64,000 nucleotides of DNA from assembly GCA_040772945.1 (NCBI GenBank), contig JAXGXE010000001.1:1012862-1076861 (forward strand). Reading direction: 5' to 3'. Source of the DNA: Anaerolineaceae bacterium. GTDB lineage: Bacteria > Chloroflexota > Anaerolineae > Anaerolineales > Anaerolineaceae. The number at the start of each line of letters is the position of its first letter. The stretch's first letter is position 1. The notes under the pieces are model-generated. The model had not been told where the DNA came from. It did no database searches and worked only from the letters and a program-made list of their open reading frames with translations. Below are positions 17,165 to 26,800 of the stretch, piece by piece. A program made the position numbers and the translations under genes.

Positions 17165-19273
17165 ATGAACAAGAAACTGTTGTTCGTAATCTTTTTGTTT
17201 GCATTAATAGTTTTTGTGTTCTCTTCATTTAATGTTGATGCGCAAAATTCAGACACAAACGATGATTTTAGGACTATTACTAACGAGACTAATTCATCGT
17301 ATGTAATTGCCTTCCCTTTTTTTAGTCTTGGAAAACAAATCGCTGAACCAATAGGTCCAATTGGGGGAACTTATACATCTGTTCTTACTGACCCCAACAG
17401 CAGCAATATTGTGATTGGTGGTCATTTTCAATCTGGTGTTTATGTCAGTTTTGATGAAGGCACGACATGGTACGCCAGAAATAACGGACTAACAAATTTA
17501 CATATTCAATCATTAGCTATTCATCCAAGGCATGGAGAAATAATCTATGCGGGTACATATGGTGGTGGAGTTTTCCTTTCTACTGATCGAGGTCTAAACT
17601 GGCAGCCATCAAGTGGGGGTACGCTTACTAATCATATTATCTACGATATTGAAATAGATCCAAAGAATCCATCCATTGTTTACGCCGCCTCGCGGATTAG
17701 CGGGAGCTTAGTTGGCTATATTTCCCGTTCTACGGACGCTGGAAGAACGTGGACAATTGTTTATAGGGGCGATTATTTTTCAACGCCAGATTATTTCTAT
17801 GACATTGAGGTTAATCCAGCGAATATAAATATGGTTTACTTTACTGCGCATGAACATGGTTTTTATCGCAGTGTAGATAACGGTTTAACATTCTCTGCGA
17901 TAAATGCTGGGGTTGATGATTTATCTGCCAGAGGTCTGGCGATGAACGAGGCTAACCAAAATGTAATTATCGGAGGCGTTTGGCATGGTGGGGGCGTATA
18001 TAAGAGTGCGAACATAGGTGATTCATGGCAATCATCGCGAACTGGGTTACCTGCTGATGTGAAAATTACTAAAATTAAAGGCGATCCTAATAATGCCTAT
18101 GGTAATCGTTTTTTTGCAACGACCTATGCCAATGGGCTGTATGTAAGCGTAAATAGTGGCGCATCGTGGAAAAACCACGGATGGAATGGTAGCCATATTA
18201 ATGATATTGCGATTTCATCATATTATCCACAAACCTGGTATCTGGCAACACAAAATTCAGGCATGGTGCGAACTCGTGATGGCGGTGAAAATTGGGCAAC
18301 CATCATGGGTGACCTGCGGCTTTACACCATCACTGGGATGCAAGCACTGGAAGACGAGCCTGAAAATATATACGTCGCAATTCATGGCTTAGGGGTACAT
18401 CGTGTGGAATCACCTTTAGATACCTGGACAACACTCTACGATGGTCTAAACGATCTGAACATAACTGGTTTATTTAGTGATGGTAAGTCATTGTGGCTTA
18501 ATAATGGAGATGGTTTGTGGGTGTATGAAAATGATTTATGGCAGTCAATAGACTTGCCAAAACCAAATGACCTGACAATGACTCAGAAACTCCGCTGGGA
18601 AAACAAAGTGCTTGGAGAATCCGATGCCACTTCGCTTGAAATAATGGGGGGTGAAAACGACATCCAAAAAGGTCTTGAAACAAGTAATTGTTTAACGGTG
18701 ACCAGAATGTTGACTTTCCAGGAAAATCTTATCATAGGTACTACTGATGGGGTTTGGTTGCGAAGTGATTCGGGATGGAAAAACCTGGGAATGGAAGGAC
18801 TTTTGATCTATGATATGGTTGCTGATGATAAAAATTCTACTATGTGGGTCTCAGCATGCGATTGTGAGATGAATTGTGAAGTTTATCGATTTCTGGAAGC
18901 TAATCTCATCAAACAATCCAATGGTTTAGATAATACGCGGGTTAACCAATTTCTAATTTCAGGCGACAATTTATTTAGTGCGACCGAGACAGGTGTTTTT
19001 AGCTGGCAGGAAAAGAATACCTCTTGGGAGCTAACTGTAGCTGTGTCTGAAGGTGTATATTCTATTGCACATAACAGGGAAAACCCAAAGATATTGGCTG
19101 CTGGTTCTAAAGGTTTTGTATTGATAAGCCATGATTCTGGTCAAAGCTGGAAGAAAATTAAGACAGAGTACGATTGGCATTATCCATTCCTGTTATTTAA
19201 TTATGCTGAGGATGTAAAGTTAATGTTAGGAAGCATTGAATCCGGAGCATTTATTATGAAAATCGACGAATAA
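17165..19273 (+). CDS. Secreted BNR/Asp-box repeat beta-propeller protein
   Basis: Signal peptide MNKKLLFVIFLFALIVFVFSSFNVDAQ. Repeated S-x-D-x-G-x-T-W boxes: SFDEGTTW, STDRGLNW, STDAGRTW, SVDNGLTF, SANIGDSW, SVNSGASW, TRDGGENW, SHDSGQSW. The track ORF begins at 17147, but the Shine-Dalgarno favours 17165. Confidence 0.8.
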   Translation: MNKKLLFVIFLFALIVFVFSSFNVDAQNSDTNDDFRTITNETNSSYVIAFPFFSLGKQIAEPIGPIGGTYTSVLTDPNSSNIVIGGHFQSGVYVSFDEGTTWYARNNGLTNLHIQSLAIHPRHGEIIYAGTYGGGVFLSTDRGLNWQPSSGGTLTNHIIYDIEIDPKNPSIVYAASRISGSLVGYISRSTDAGRTWTIVYRGDYFSTPDYFYDIEVNPANINMVYFTAHEHGFYRSVDNGLTFSAINAGVDDLSARGLAMNEANQNVIIGGVWHGGGVYKSANIGDSWQSSRTGLPADVKITKIKGDPNNAYGNRFFATTYANGLYVSVNSGASWKNHGWNGSHINDIAISSYYPQTWYLATQNSGMVRTRDGGENWATIMGDLRLYTITGMQALEDEPENIYVAIHGLGVHRVESPLDTWTTLYDGLNDLNITGLFSDGKSLWLNNGDGLWVYENDLWQSIDLPKPNDLTMTQKLRWENKVLGESDATSLEIMGGENDIQKGLETSNCLTVTRMLTFQENLIIGTTDGVWLRSDSGWKNLGMEGLLIYDMVADDKNSTMWVSACDCEMNCEVYRFLEANLIKQSNGLDNTRVNQFLISGDNLFSATETGVFSWQEKNTSWELTVAVSEGVYSIAHNRENPKILAAGSKGFVLISHDSGQSWKKIKTEYDWHYPFLLFNYAEDVKLMLGSIESGAFIMKIDE

Positions 19274-19314
19274 TCAGCTACAATTTCTAATATAGTTATT
19301 GTGGAGAAAATTGT

Positions 19315-20697
19315 ATGCTGATTGTGCTTTCAGACTTGCATTTCGCTGACACCAGCCCCTATACAATGGGTATCAACCGGAGCAACTTGAATCTTCCAGG
19401 ACGGGTGTATAGAACTTTCTTTCGTGAGATTGCTGAATTAATTAAGGAAGGTCAAGTAGAACATATCGATCTGATTCTCGCGGGGGATATCTTTGAGATT
19501 ACCCGGTCAGTCATGTGGCACAATGATCATTTACGTCCTTACGTACATAATGATGAAGTTACTGAGGGCACACCACATGAGCAGCGTATTTTGGACATCC
19601 TTGATGCAATTGCTACTGATCCTAAAGTTGCTGATACAGCGAAAGTTTTTCGCGGTTTAGAAGACTTGTTCGGCATGCCTGTCAAGATTCATTATATTCC
19701 TGGAAATCATGACCGCCTTGCCAATACGACACCAAAAATAAGAAATAAAATCAGGGAATTCTTCGGAATTGAAGAAAATGATGACTACTTTTCCAACCAA
19801 TATTTACATTATCGTGATGGCGAAGCAAGAATATTAATCCGCCATGGTCATGAGTATGACCAATCAAATTTCGGAACAAACCTATCTCTCTGGCCTGAAA
19901 TTCCGACAGTTATTGATAAGAGCTATTATGATATGCCTGTTCTTGGCGATATTGTGACAGTTGAAATTGCCAGCAAGCTCCCGCTGCTTTTTAGAGAGCA
20001 GTACGGTGATGAAGCGATTCTGTCAGATTCAAACCTAAGGCGTATGTATCAACGTCTCATTGACTTTGATAATGTGCGACCAAACAACGCGATGATTAAT
20101 TTTTTGTTTTCAACACCCGGTATTAACAGGAAAGAAATTTGGAAAATTATTGAACCTGTTTTAAGAAATTTACTGGATGAAATTGCGAAGAATAATACCT
20201 TAGCGGATGACATTATGGCATTGGGCAATTTTAAAAAACTAAGTGCAAAAGCCATTATGAGTATTTTTAAAATGCGTATATGGCGACGCGGTTTGCCACT
20301 TTGGATGTTTAATGGATTGACGAACCCGGTGATGAGGAAAACAGGACACGACGCAGATATCACTCTTCTTAATAAAGAAAGCTTTTTGACTGAAGGGAAT
20401 GTTCATTTGCGATGTCTGGTGAGTGGTCATACACACAACGCTACAGTACGCCTCTTAAGTGTTGAAGATGGCGTTGAAAAATACTATATCAATAGTGGCA
20501 CTTTCAGAAACGTGATTACCACAACGCCAGGCCAAAACAAGTTTGGACGCTTACGTTCCAAAGCGCGTATTTTGATTTATGAAGAAGGTGAACAGAACCC
20601 TGAATACAGACGCGAGACCGGATGGTCGTTTGATTTCAACGCGCGTTTGGGATTTGGCGATGACGCAGAGAACTTAATTGACAGTTTAGGAGATTAA
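19315..20697 (+). CDS. Calcineurin-like metallophosphoesterase with an extended C-terminal region
   Basis: 460 aa with motifs LSDLHFAD, LAGDIFE, IPGNHDR, RHGHEYD and SGHTHN. Confidence 0.8.
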   Translation: MLIVLSDLHFADTSPYTMGINRSNLNLPGRVYRTFFREIAELIKEGQVEHIDLILAGDIFEITRSVMWHNDHLRPYVHNDEVTEGTPHEQRILDILDAIATDPKVADTAKVFRGLEDLFGMPVKIHYIPGNHDRLANTTPKIRNKIREFFGIEENDDYFSNQYLHYRDGEARILIRHGHEYDQSNFGTNLSLWPEIPTVIDKSYYDMPVLGDIVTVEIASKLPLLFREQYGDEAILSDSNLRRMYQRLIDFDNVRPNNAMINFLFSTPGINRKEIWKIIEPVLRNLLDEIAKNNTLADDIMALGNFKKLSAKAIMSIFKMRIWRRGLPLWMFNGLTNPVMRKTGHDADITLLNKESFLTEGNVHLRCLVSGHTHNATVRLLSVEDGVEKYYINSGTFRNVITTTPGQNKFGRLRSKARILIYEEGEQNPEYRRETGWSFDFNARLGFGDDAENLIDSLGD

Positions 20698-20979
20698 GTT
20701 CTTAACCCGTTCATAATCCTTTCTACGGACATAAATTCCATAGCTTACTGATGGGGTACCTGAACCTTTATACATGGCTAAGTTGGAAGCAGCATAAGAC
20801 CGAGAATCCATTGCCATGCCTATGCTTCCCCGGGTTTGATAGGTTTTGATGCGGTAAGGGATTTTGTTTTCGATGAGAATGTTTTCCACCCGACGAACTT
20901 CAGCTGCATCTGAGTCCGTTAAAACCTTTTTTAGAAGAGGAATTAACATAAAAAATTCAATAATTCTATTTTGTAGCAT
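20686..20979 (-). CDS. Small alpha/beta protein of unknown function (DUF2007-like?), last gene of the TPR operon
   Basis: 97-aa ORF lying 21 nt after the 935-aa gene, with a GGAGA Shine-Dalgarno. The family assignment is a weak guess. Confidence 0.45.
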   Translation of the reverse strand: MLQNRIIEFFMLIPLLKKVLTDSDAAEVRRVENILIENKIPYRIKTYQTRGSIGMAMDSRSYAASNLAMYKGSGTPSVSYGIYVRRKDYERVKNLIS

Positions 20980-21000
20980 GGCTTTCTATCTCCACAATTG

Positions 21001-23808
21001 TTATTTAGAGGTACTAAGCTTGACCATCTTGCCTTTTTGGTCAAAGGTCATGCGGGCAAACTGATCAAAATTCTTTGAACGATATTCATAGCTCTTTTTT
21101 ACAGTAACGACGTATCGTTGACTCTGTTGAATGGCTTCAAGTGTGTTCTTTCGGTCAAGTTCTGGATCAGCATTGGACTGCATCACGCCCAACAGGGGAC
21201 TAATCGCCATTTTTCCTTCTTCCATGCCTGGCACATAGGATTTGATGACTTTACGAACTTTATCCAAAATTTCATTCGGCATCTCATCCTGCTTGATAAT
21301 CATATCCGGTCTGGAATCGCTGATGGTCTTAATAACGGGGGAGGTCGCTACTCGCACGATGGGTTTGGTCATTTCTCTGATGTCTTTGCTGCTGGCAAGC
21401 GGATCACCGTAAATGACGAAAGATAGAATGGTTTTTTGGTCTTCGCCGTCAAGGAATCCCTGGTCAGCAGTCATTTTGCTGGCGAGAGCCAATTTCGCGC
21501 GCATTAGCGCATAACCAACGGCAACTTCGTTTTTTACATGGGTCCAGAAATGATGTGCCAGGAGATCTGCCGCGACGAGCGTTTTACCTGGTGCGCCGTA
21601 AGCGATGACTGTTGATCCAACAAAAGCACGCGTACCACGCGACAAAAAATTGAGAGCAACAGATTCATTTACTTTTTTGTCGAGAACCCAGGCTCCAAAA
21701 CAAGCCTCACTCAGAACGATTGAGGGCGCGCCGGTTGTTTCGGTAAATGTCTTGGTATTTAATGCTACTGGATATTCAATATCGGTTCCCTCGCGACTTA
21801 GATCACGTTGACCGTACCATTCGTTGCTTTCTTTTAAGCCATGCAAGTTGAAGTAGCCAAATTTGCCATTAGCTTTGCGGTTTTCAAGGATATTTTTGTT
21901 TGTCGTGGGTGGTGAAGTAAGCAGACGTTTCGCATCGTCTATGACGCCAAAAACGCCAGAAGAAGCGGTTTTCCATACCTCAGCACTCACTCCAAGATGG
22001 TTGGCGTTCTGCGGTTTAGTGCTGAACATGCGTAACCAGTTGAACAGCGCACCAAAGAGCGTTGCGAGGAAGTTACTGACAAAACTCTTTTTAGTCTTCT
22101 TTTTGATGCTATATTCATTGTTTAAGAAACGTAATTGTTCGAGAAGATAACCCGCGTCTTTTCCTTTTTCATCGGGTAGACGACCCACGGGCCATTGTTG
22201 GACGAAATAGTTATCGTCAAGCGTCGCGTAGGGGTTATCAGACGGCACATTTGGATCGCTGTCGTCTGTTGGATTGGGTAACAAGTGAAACGGAACAATA
22301 TCATTTCCGCCAACGATGAGTAAAGCGCCAATCATTTCTCCCTTAACGGAGAGTTTGCTGTCAAGGTCGATGAGCGCTCTTTTTAAGGTCTCAGCATTTG
22401 ATGTTTCTAATAAAGTCGTGCCTAATTCATTGGCATTTTCGGGATCGTCAGGAATAAAAACGGTGCTATTCCAACCTGGTAGTTCAAGTATCTTTGCGGA
22501 AAGATTACGGATAGAGTCAATGATGACCTGGCTGGTATTCTCACCGTACTTTTTGTTGAGATTATTACGACTGGTCATGAACACATAGCTGGGGAAGCGC
22601 GTATCAGCGTTGGATAGCTCGGGACGGTTAATTTTACGGGTAACCTGATCGAAATCGGACTGAATTTCATCTAAAGCCGCAACAGTTTGGCGGGTTTCCT
22701 GATTGAAAATACTTTCATCAAAATTTTGAGTTTTAAAATTTCCATCTACTGGAAGTGTTGCAATATCTTCCTTAAAAAATGATGCGGTGGGAATTTCAGA
22801 ATAATCTGCTGCGATATTCGGATCTTCCTGAAGAATATCAAAGAGTTTGCCTGGCCGCAGCGGTACAGTCGCTTGCTCTGATAACAGAGCTTTAATTGCC
22901 TCTTCGGCGCTCATGTCTTTTGTTGAGACAGCTTGGGTTGGCGCGTCAAATAATACTTGAGCAGATGTTGTTGAGTGAGCTGTAGCTGATTGAGCGCCTG
23001 AACTTCCGGAAGCGAGGATGTTCCAGCCTAATTCCGCGGCGACATTCGCTGGCACTGGTAAGTCGAGATAGACCTTAAGGTCTTCGGGCCACAAGGGTTG
23101 ATAAACATGGTTTGGGCCAAGCAAGCGATGAACAACCTGCCCACTGACATCATGCGCGGCAGCCCAGTGTAACTTTTCTACACCAGCGGAATCGTTATCA
23201 TTGCTCATATCTGCCAGGGCAGAAAATATTTTGATCTGTAGACAATCTTTCCAGCGACTGCTGTAGAGCTCAGAAAGAGTTTTTAATAAAGTCGCGTTGC
23301 TCATCTGCAAGACAACATGCAAATGCATAATCGCGGGAAGAGGCAAATTAGGATTGTGAGCGAGACTTTCCAATACAGATTTTTCAGCTGCAGAATATTC
23401 CCCTGCTTCAAACTCAGCGCGAGCCTGATTAAGCGCGTGCAGCCAGGGTGACAGAGATTTATCCGGCACGATGTTGCGGGTTAAATAGCTTAGAGCGGTT
23501 TCAATGTCGATATTGTTATGATTTTTTAGACGGGCACAGAGGGCCAGCGCTTCGGTGAATTCCGGGTCAAAACGAATGAGTCGTTCAAGGGTCGCGATGG
23601 CCATGTCATTATCACCCAGTTCAACCAATGCGGTTGCGTAAATTAAGTTGACCAAAAGGTCGCCTGGGTAGCTTGCCATCCATATAAGACAAGCTTGACG
23701 GACGAACTGGAATTCTCGGTTGCTCATCGCGGTTTGAACAATCGTCAGAAATTTACTGCGTCTGACAATCATAATTTCTTCAGCGTTGTTGATTGGGTAT
23801 GGTCTCAT
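21001..23808 (-). CDS. TPR-repeat protein with a C-terminal clan-CD (gingipain C25/caspase-fold-like) cysteine peptidase domain
   Basis: 935 aa. The N-terminus has TPR-like helices. The C-terminus has LLIVGGNDIVPF, SDNPYATLDD and VGRLP, then FGYFNLHG and, about 45 aa later, SIVLSEACFG (a His-Gly / Ala-Cys dyad layout). No signal peptide. ATGA overlap with the upstream gene. Confidence 0.65.
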   Translation of the reverse strand: MRPYPINNAEEIMIVRRSKFLTIVQTAMSNREFQFVRQACLIWMASYPGDLLVNLIYATALVELGDNDMAIATLERLIRFDPEFTEALALCARLKNHNNIDIETALSYLTRNIVPDKSLSPWLHALNQARAEFEAGEYSAAEKSVLESLAHNPNLPLPAIMHLHVVLQMSNATLLKTLSELYSSRWKDCLQIKIFSALADMSNDNDSAGVEKLHWAAAHDVSGQVVHRLLGPNHVYQPLWPEDLKVYLDLPVPANVAAELGWNILASGSSGAQSATAHSTTSAQVLFDAPTQAVSTKDMSAEEAIKALLSEQATVPLRPGKLFDILQEDPNIAADYSEIPTASFFKEDIATLPVDGNFKTQNFDESIFNQETRQTVAALDEIQSDFDQVTRKINRPELSNADTRFPSYVFMTSRNNLNKKYGENTSQVIIDSIRNLSAKILELPGWNSTVFIPDDPENANELGTTLLETSNAETLKRALIDLDSKLSVKGEMIGALLIVGGNDIVPFHLLPNPTDDSDPNVPSDNPYATLDDNYFVQQWPVGRLPDEKGKDAGYLLEQLRFLNNEYSIKKKTKKSFVSNFLATLFGALFNWLRMFSTKPQNANHLGVSAEVWKTASSGVFGVIDDAKRLLTSPPTTNKNILENRKANGKFGYFNLHGLKESNEWYGQRDLSREGTDIEYPVALNTKTFTETTGAPSIVLSEACFGAWVLDKKVNESVALNFLSRGTRAFVGSTVIAYGAPGKTLVAADLLAHHFWTHVKNEVAVGYALMRAKLALASKMTADQGFLDGEDQKTILSFVIYGDPLASSKDIREMTKPIVRVATSPVIKTISDSRPDMIIKQDEMPNEILDKVRKVIKSYVPGMEEGKMAISPLLGVMQSNADPELDRKNTLEAIQQSQRYVVTVKKSYEYRSKNFDQFARMTFDQKGKMVKLSTSK

Positions 23809-26800
23809 TTTCGTTTTGTTGCCTCTTGGAGATTATTGAGAAGGTTTTGTGCGACAATAGCTGCCAGTTGACGGCGGATGCTCTGGTCAGTGGGGGCAAG
23901 TTGGGCGGCTTTTTGGAGCATCAGCTCAGCACTGCGGAAATCGCGACTGGCTTTATAAGCGTTGGCGGCGTGCACATAAGCGCGGGGGTCTTTGCTGACT
24001 TGTTCAATCGCCTTATTGTAAGTTTTGAGGGCTTGTTCGTTCAAGCGTTGGTCTTCATAACTCTGACCAAGTTCAAGATAAGCCTCGATAAGGCTTGGGT
24101 TTTCTTCAATGGCTTGCTTGAGATAAACCTGAGCCGTGTCATGTTGATTGTATAAGCGGTACAGCGCGCCCAATGCGAGCAAAGTTTCCGCATTTTTGTT
24201 TTCTAATTTCAGGCTTTGGAGCAATGTCTTTTCCGCGTTTTTACTTTGATCAAGTAATAGTTGGTATTGTGCCAGTAAATTAAGCACATTGGGGTAGTCA
24301 GGATGTTCATGTGCGAGGCTGGTTGCCATACGCAAACCAGTTGCGGGGTTATCGCGGGCTTCAATGCGGATACGATAGATCTCAAAAGCGATAGGATCTT
24401 TCGCGATGAGCATTGCGTCCTGAGCCAATTTTTTGGCTTCATCAAAAGACTGGCGGACAATCAGCGATTCTATTTTGACTTTTAAGGCGCGTTCACACTT
24501 GAGTGAGCTATCAATGACTTGGTCGGCGTAAACTATCGCTTGGTCGTATTCCTGGATAATGAAATGTAATTCAGCCAACGATTCAAGCGCGTTCAGATTG
24601 CCGGGCTCGAGGATTAAGAGCTCTTTTTGGTATTCGATCGATTTTTTGTATTCACCTAATTGGCGATTAAGATCCGCGAGGGCTTCCAAAACAGGGATGG
24701 CGTTTGGCTTGAGGGTGTTGGCTTTCTCGTAATCCTTTATTGCGGCATGGTAATCTTTTTCAAGCCATTTGATTTCACCCAATGAATGCCAGTATTGGCT
24801 GTTGTTGGGTTCCAGCTCAATCGCCATGCTAATGCTGTCTTTGGCATCACTAAGTTTGTTTTGTTGCTTCTGGAACATTGCCAAAAGCGCCAGCCATTCG
24901 GGTTCGTCTGGCCAAATGCTTAAGGCGCGTTGAATGGCTTCTTCAGCTTCTTGGGGTTGGTCAGCTTGCGCGATTGCCAGGGCAACATGATACAAAGCTT
25001 GTCGGCTTTGAATAATAGGAATCTTGTTTAAGATTTCCACAGCATTCGCAGGCTGTCTATCGAGGAGTTTAATAGCGTATTGGAACTGCAAATCATCATC
25101 GTGCGGATGGGCAGCCATTATTTGTGAAATGATGCCTGGGTTCTTGGTCACGGCCACTGCCTGTATAGCAAGTTTTCTTGAATAAAGCAATGTGTCCAGA
25201 TTAGTTTCTTCTGGTAAATGGCCGGTGAACTGAGCTTTGCCTATGATTTCTACAGCTACAACACTATCAGCTGGAATAATACCTTTTGCCATTGAAAGTC
25301 GCTCGTCAAAAAGAGCTTCATCGGATTTGGTATCATTCAGGTTTTTAGCTAAACGCTTGCTCACTTTTAATGTCTTTGAAAGAGCTTTCATCCTCGCTTT
25401 ATCTGCGAGGTATTCAGCGAGTGTGAGGTTTAGGCGTGGGTTTGAATCACAAATACGCAAGCACTGCCTAAATATTTGATCGGCGAAGTCCCAGTCCAGC
25501 ATTCTCCAGGCGACGATAGCGACTGCACATTTCTCCCAAAGACTGCTAAATTCTTGAAGTTTAGCCAGATTAGGATGCTCTTCTTCAGGTTGAGAAGCTT
25601 GACGATCTTTCATAATCTGCAGAAATGCCATAGCTTGGTGAGACTGTTGCTGATTTTCTGTTGTAAGCACGCCCACAGCCATGCTGATGAGGTTTTGCTC
25701 ATCTTTGCTTAAGAAGTTTTCAAAAAGAAGACCAGCTTTTGTCATATCAACATTGAGCAAGGCATCCAGTGTCAGTATTCTAATAATATCGATGTCTGTT
25801 GAACTGAGTTGTGCTTTGTTGTTCAAAGACTCTAAAGTGTTATTGAGCTCGTATTGCTCTGCAGTAGATAAGGCTAATTCAGTTTTAATGAGTTGCGCAT
25901 TAGAATTGCCGGGGTCTGATTTTAGTGAAAGATGGGCATGTTTGATTGCCTCAGTATAGTTGCCCATAGCGCGATGTAAAAGTGCGGCTCTGAGCTGAAG
26001 GTTGCTAAGGTCAAATGGCAGATAACCATGGCTTAAATTAGGTGAGAAACTACTTTGCAAGAAGTCAGTATTTCCCTCTTCCGCACGTTTGAGAAGAGGC
26101 TCTAAGGACTGCAGGGCGGGCTGGTATTGTTTATCCTCAGCATATGCGTCCGCCCGCAAGATACTAAAACCTGGTTGGTGAGCGTGTTTTTGTTTTACTT
26201 TATTCAAAAAATCGAGGGCAATTGACGACTGCTGATTGTCTAACAGAGCATAAGCTATTTCGCAGCACTGGAAGTAATTCAGATTTTCATTCTCAGAAAT
26301 GGCGCGTTCCAGAATTTCAGTCGCGAGTTTGGACTCATTCATCTGCATATAGAGACTGGCTACCTTCAGATAATCTGACGTGGAGATATCCGAAGTTTCC
26401 AACATTTTGCTCAAAGTTATTTTTGACTCATCGATGGCATTGTTTTCCAAATAAATTTGTGCCAAAGAGAGATGTAATATCTGTTCTTCTGAACGCAAAT
26501 AGACAGCATCTTTTAAAGCCTGGATGGCGTCATGCGGTCTTTGATTCATTTGCATAAATTTTGCGTACCAGAGAACGTTTTCAGGGTCAGTTGATGCCAG
26601 TTGAAGAGCGGTTTGCGCGCTTGAGATGGCTTCATCAATCAGCCCGGATTTGAGATACGCATGGGAGAGCGCGTGGCGTGATGTGAGATCGTTGGCGTTG
26701 AAAGAGACCGCTTCTTGTAAAGATGCCATGGCGATATCTTCAAAGCCCAAATCAAAGGCGACTAAACCAATTTGTCGCTGTAAATGTTGATAGAAGCGTG

